From positions 3,168,001 to 3,232,000 of the forward strand of contig CAVWLP010000002.1 in assembly GCA_963755915.1 (NCBI GenBank): a DNA stretch of 64,000 nt, read 5' to 3'. How positions within the stretch are numbered: the first letter of the stretch is position 1; every line of letters starts with the position of its first letter. Below the pieces are notes generated by a model. It was not told where the DNA came from. It saw nothing but the letters and a program-made list of their open reading frames with translations, and ran no database searches. The translations under genes and the position numbers were made by a program. The DNA comes from an uncultured Phycisphaerales bacterium (GTDB taxonomy: Bacteria; Planctomycetota; Phycisphaerae; Tepidisphaerales; Tepidisphaeraceae). Of this stretch, positions 62,728-64,000 are shown in pieces.

Positions 62728-64000
62728 ATGGCCAATCAACTCAAGATGGCGGAAGTACAAGCAATTTTGGCACTTGCGCAGCGGCTGGTCCAATCGGAAC
62801 ATCGCCCGCCAACTCGGCGTTCACCGGGAGACCGTTGGACGCCACATCCGGTTGTCGGGCGGCGATCCTGCGGCGCCCGGATCGGATTCAAAACCGGCCA
62901 GCGCCCTCGGCTCGAGGTGCTCGCCGCAGGCGGCTCGACGGTGCTCGCCGCAGGCGGCTCGACGGTGCTCGCCGCAGGCGGCTCGACGGTGCTCGCCGCA
63001 GGCGGCTCGACGGTGCTCGCCGCAGGCGGCTCGGAGAGCGCGCCGCACCGGGTTATCCGGCGCGCCCATCGGGTCGGTCAGTACGGCATCGCCCTGGCGT
63101 GAGGTCATTGTTCAGAAGTTGGAAGCCGGGCTGACGGCCCAGCGGATTTATCAAGACATCTCCAGCGATCACGGCTATGCCGGCAGCTATTACAGCGTGC
63201 GCCGGTTCATCAAGAAGCTCTCGGCTGCCGCGCCGGCGCCCTTTCGCCGGATGGAATGCGAGCCGGGAGCCGAGGTGCAGGTGGACTTCGGCCGGGGTGC
63301 GCCCTGGTCGGTCCTGACGGCAAACGCAAAGCAACCTGGGTCTTCCGCATTGTGCTGAGCCACAGCCGCAAGGGGTACGCCGAGGCGGTGGAGCGGCAGA
63401 CGACCGATGATTTTCTGCGTTGTCTGGAAAATGCCTTTACGCACTTCGGCGGGATGCCGTCAGCGCTGGTGATCGACAATCTTCGCGCGGCGGTGACGCG
63501 GGCGGACTGGTTCGAGGCGGAGTTGTGTCCCAAGGTCCGGTCGTTCGCCGAACATTATGGAATCGCCATTCTGCCCACCAAGCCGTACACGCCGCGGCAC
63601 AAGGGGAAGATCGAGCGGGGCATCGGCTATGTGAAGAGCAATGCTCTCAAAGGCCGGCAATTCGCCTCGCTCTCGGATCAGAACTGCGCATCTGCTGACG
63701 TGGGAGAAGAGCGTGGCCGACACGCGCATCCACGGCACGACGCGGCGGCAGGTGAAGGAAGTCTTCGAGCAGGTAGAGAAGCCGGCACTGTTGGCTCTGC
63801 CGCCGGTGCGATTCGATCTTTTCACCGAGGCGTTGCGCAGTGTTCACCGCGACGGGCACGTGGAGATCAAGGGGGCGTACTATTCGGTCCCGCCGGAGTT
63901 TTTGGGCCAGCGGGTCTGGGCGCGGTGGGACGGGCGCACGGTCCGGCTGTTCGATCAGAAGATGCGTGCGATCGCTCTGCACGCGCAGCGTCCGCCGGGC
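62728..64000 (+). CDS. istA: IS21 transposase IstA (3' partial; frameshifts at ~62780, ~63300 and ~63690)
   Basis: MANQLKMA, GWSNRNIARQLGVHRETV HTH, PGAEVQVDFG, LSHSRK, IDNLRAAV, KGKIER. Confidence 0.85.
62908..63033 (+). repeat. 24-bp tandem repeat, about 5 copies (GGCTCGACGGTGCTCGCCGCAGGC)
   Basis: GTGCTCGCCGCAGGC starts at 62917, 62941, 62965, 62989 and 63013; no spacers. Confidence 0.95.

Larger units (their letters stand above)
60876..64000. mobile_element. tRNA-Pro-integrated genomic island, left portion; extends beyond the window
   Basis: att fragment followed by mobile-element-type genes (PD-(D/E)XK nuclease fragment, hypotheticals) and an IS. Confidence 0.65.
62611..64000 (+). mobile_element. 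IS21 family insertion sequence (left end + istA; continues beyond the window)
   Basis: Begins TGTCA with two GGGCGCGC(C)AAAACCGGCCA subterminal repeats, followed by istA. Confidence 0.85.

Noticed and set aside
62908-63033. 24-bp repeats as a CRISPR array, with the nearby Cas4-like nuclease fragment
   Set aside because: The units are head-to-tail with no spacers, lie in frame inside istA, and no cas1/cas2 or effector genes are present.

Overview
GC-rich bacterial DNA, probably Planctomycetota (Phycisphaerae/Tepidisphaerales-like). This is inferred from the PEP-CTERM proteins with dockerin-like tails, SPINDLY-type TPR glycosyltransferases, HEAT-repeat protein and beta-propeller hypotheticals. 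Many genes carry 1-2 nt frameshifts at homopolymers or (GC)n runs, which look like long-read consensus errors. Layout: (1) 1-16.6 kb: PEP-CTERM, glycosidase-like, OGT and sugar-acid genes, with three promoters sharing a TTGTCGACAA operator and two inverted 504-aa paralogues. (2) 16.7-31.2 kb: a GntR-controlled divergent catabolic cluster for an unknown amino sugar or amino acid. (3) 31.2-41.5 kb: a complete N-methylglutamate (methylamine) pathway, mgsABC-gmaS-purU-mgdABCD, divergent from a pseudo-receiver/Fis-HTH regulator. Its 17-bp palindrome recurs 16 kb away upstream of an internally deleted formaldehyde dehydrogenase (fdhA) that is absent from the ORF track. (4) 42-57 kb: GntR, an ABC-2 exporter with HEAT protein, and an MFS/PIG-L/NagB-like/ROK amino-sugar module. 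(5) An APC permease with a sigma-54 promoter and an in-frame TAG. (6) From 60.8 kb: a tRNA-Pro(GGG) 3' fragment (att site) starting a decayed integrative element hit by an IS21 that carries a 24-bp tandem repeat. All assignments are by-eye motif recognition; no searches were run.
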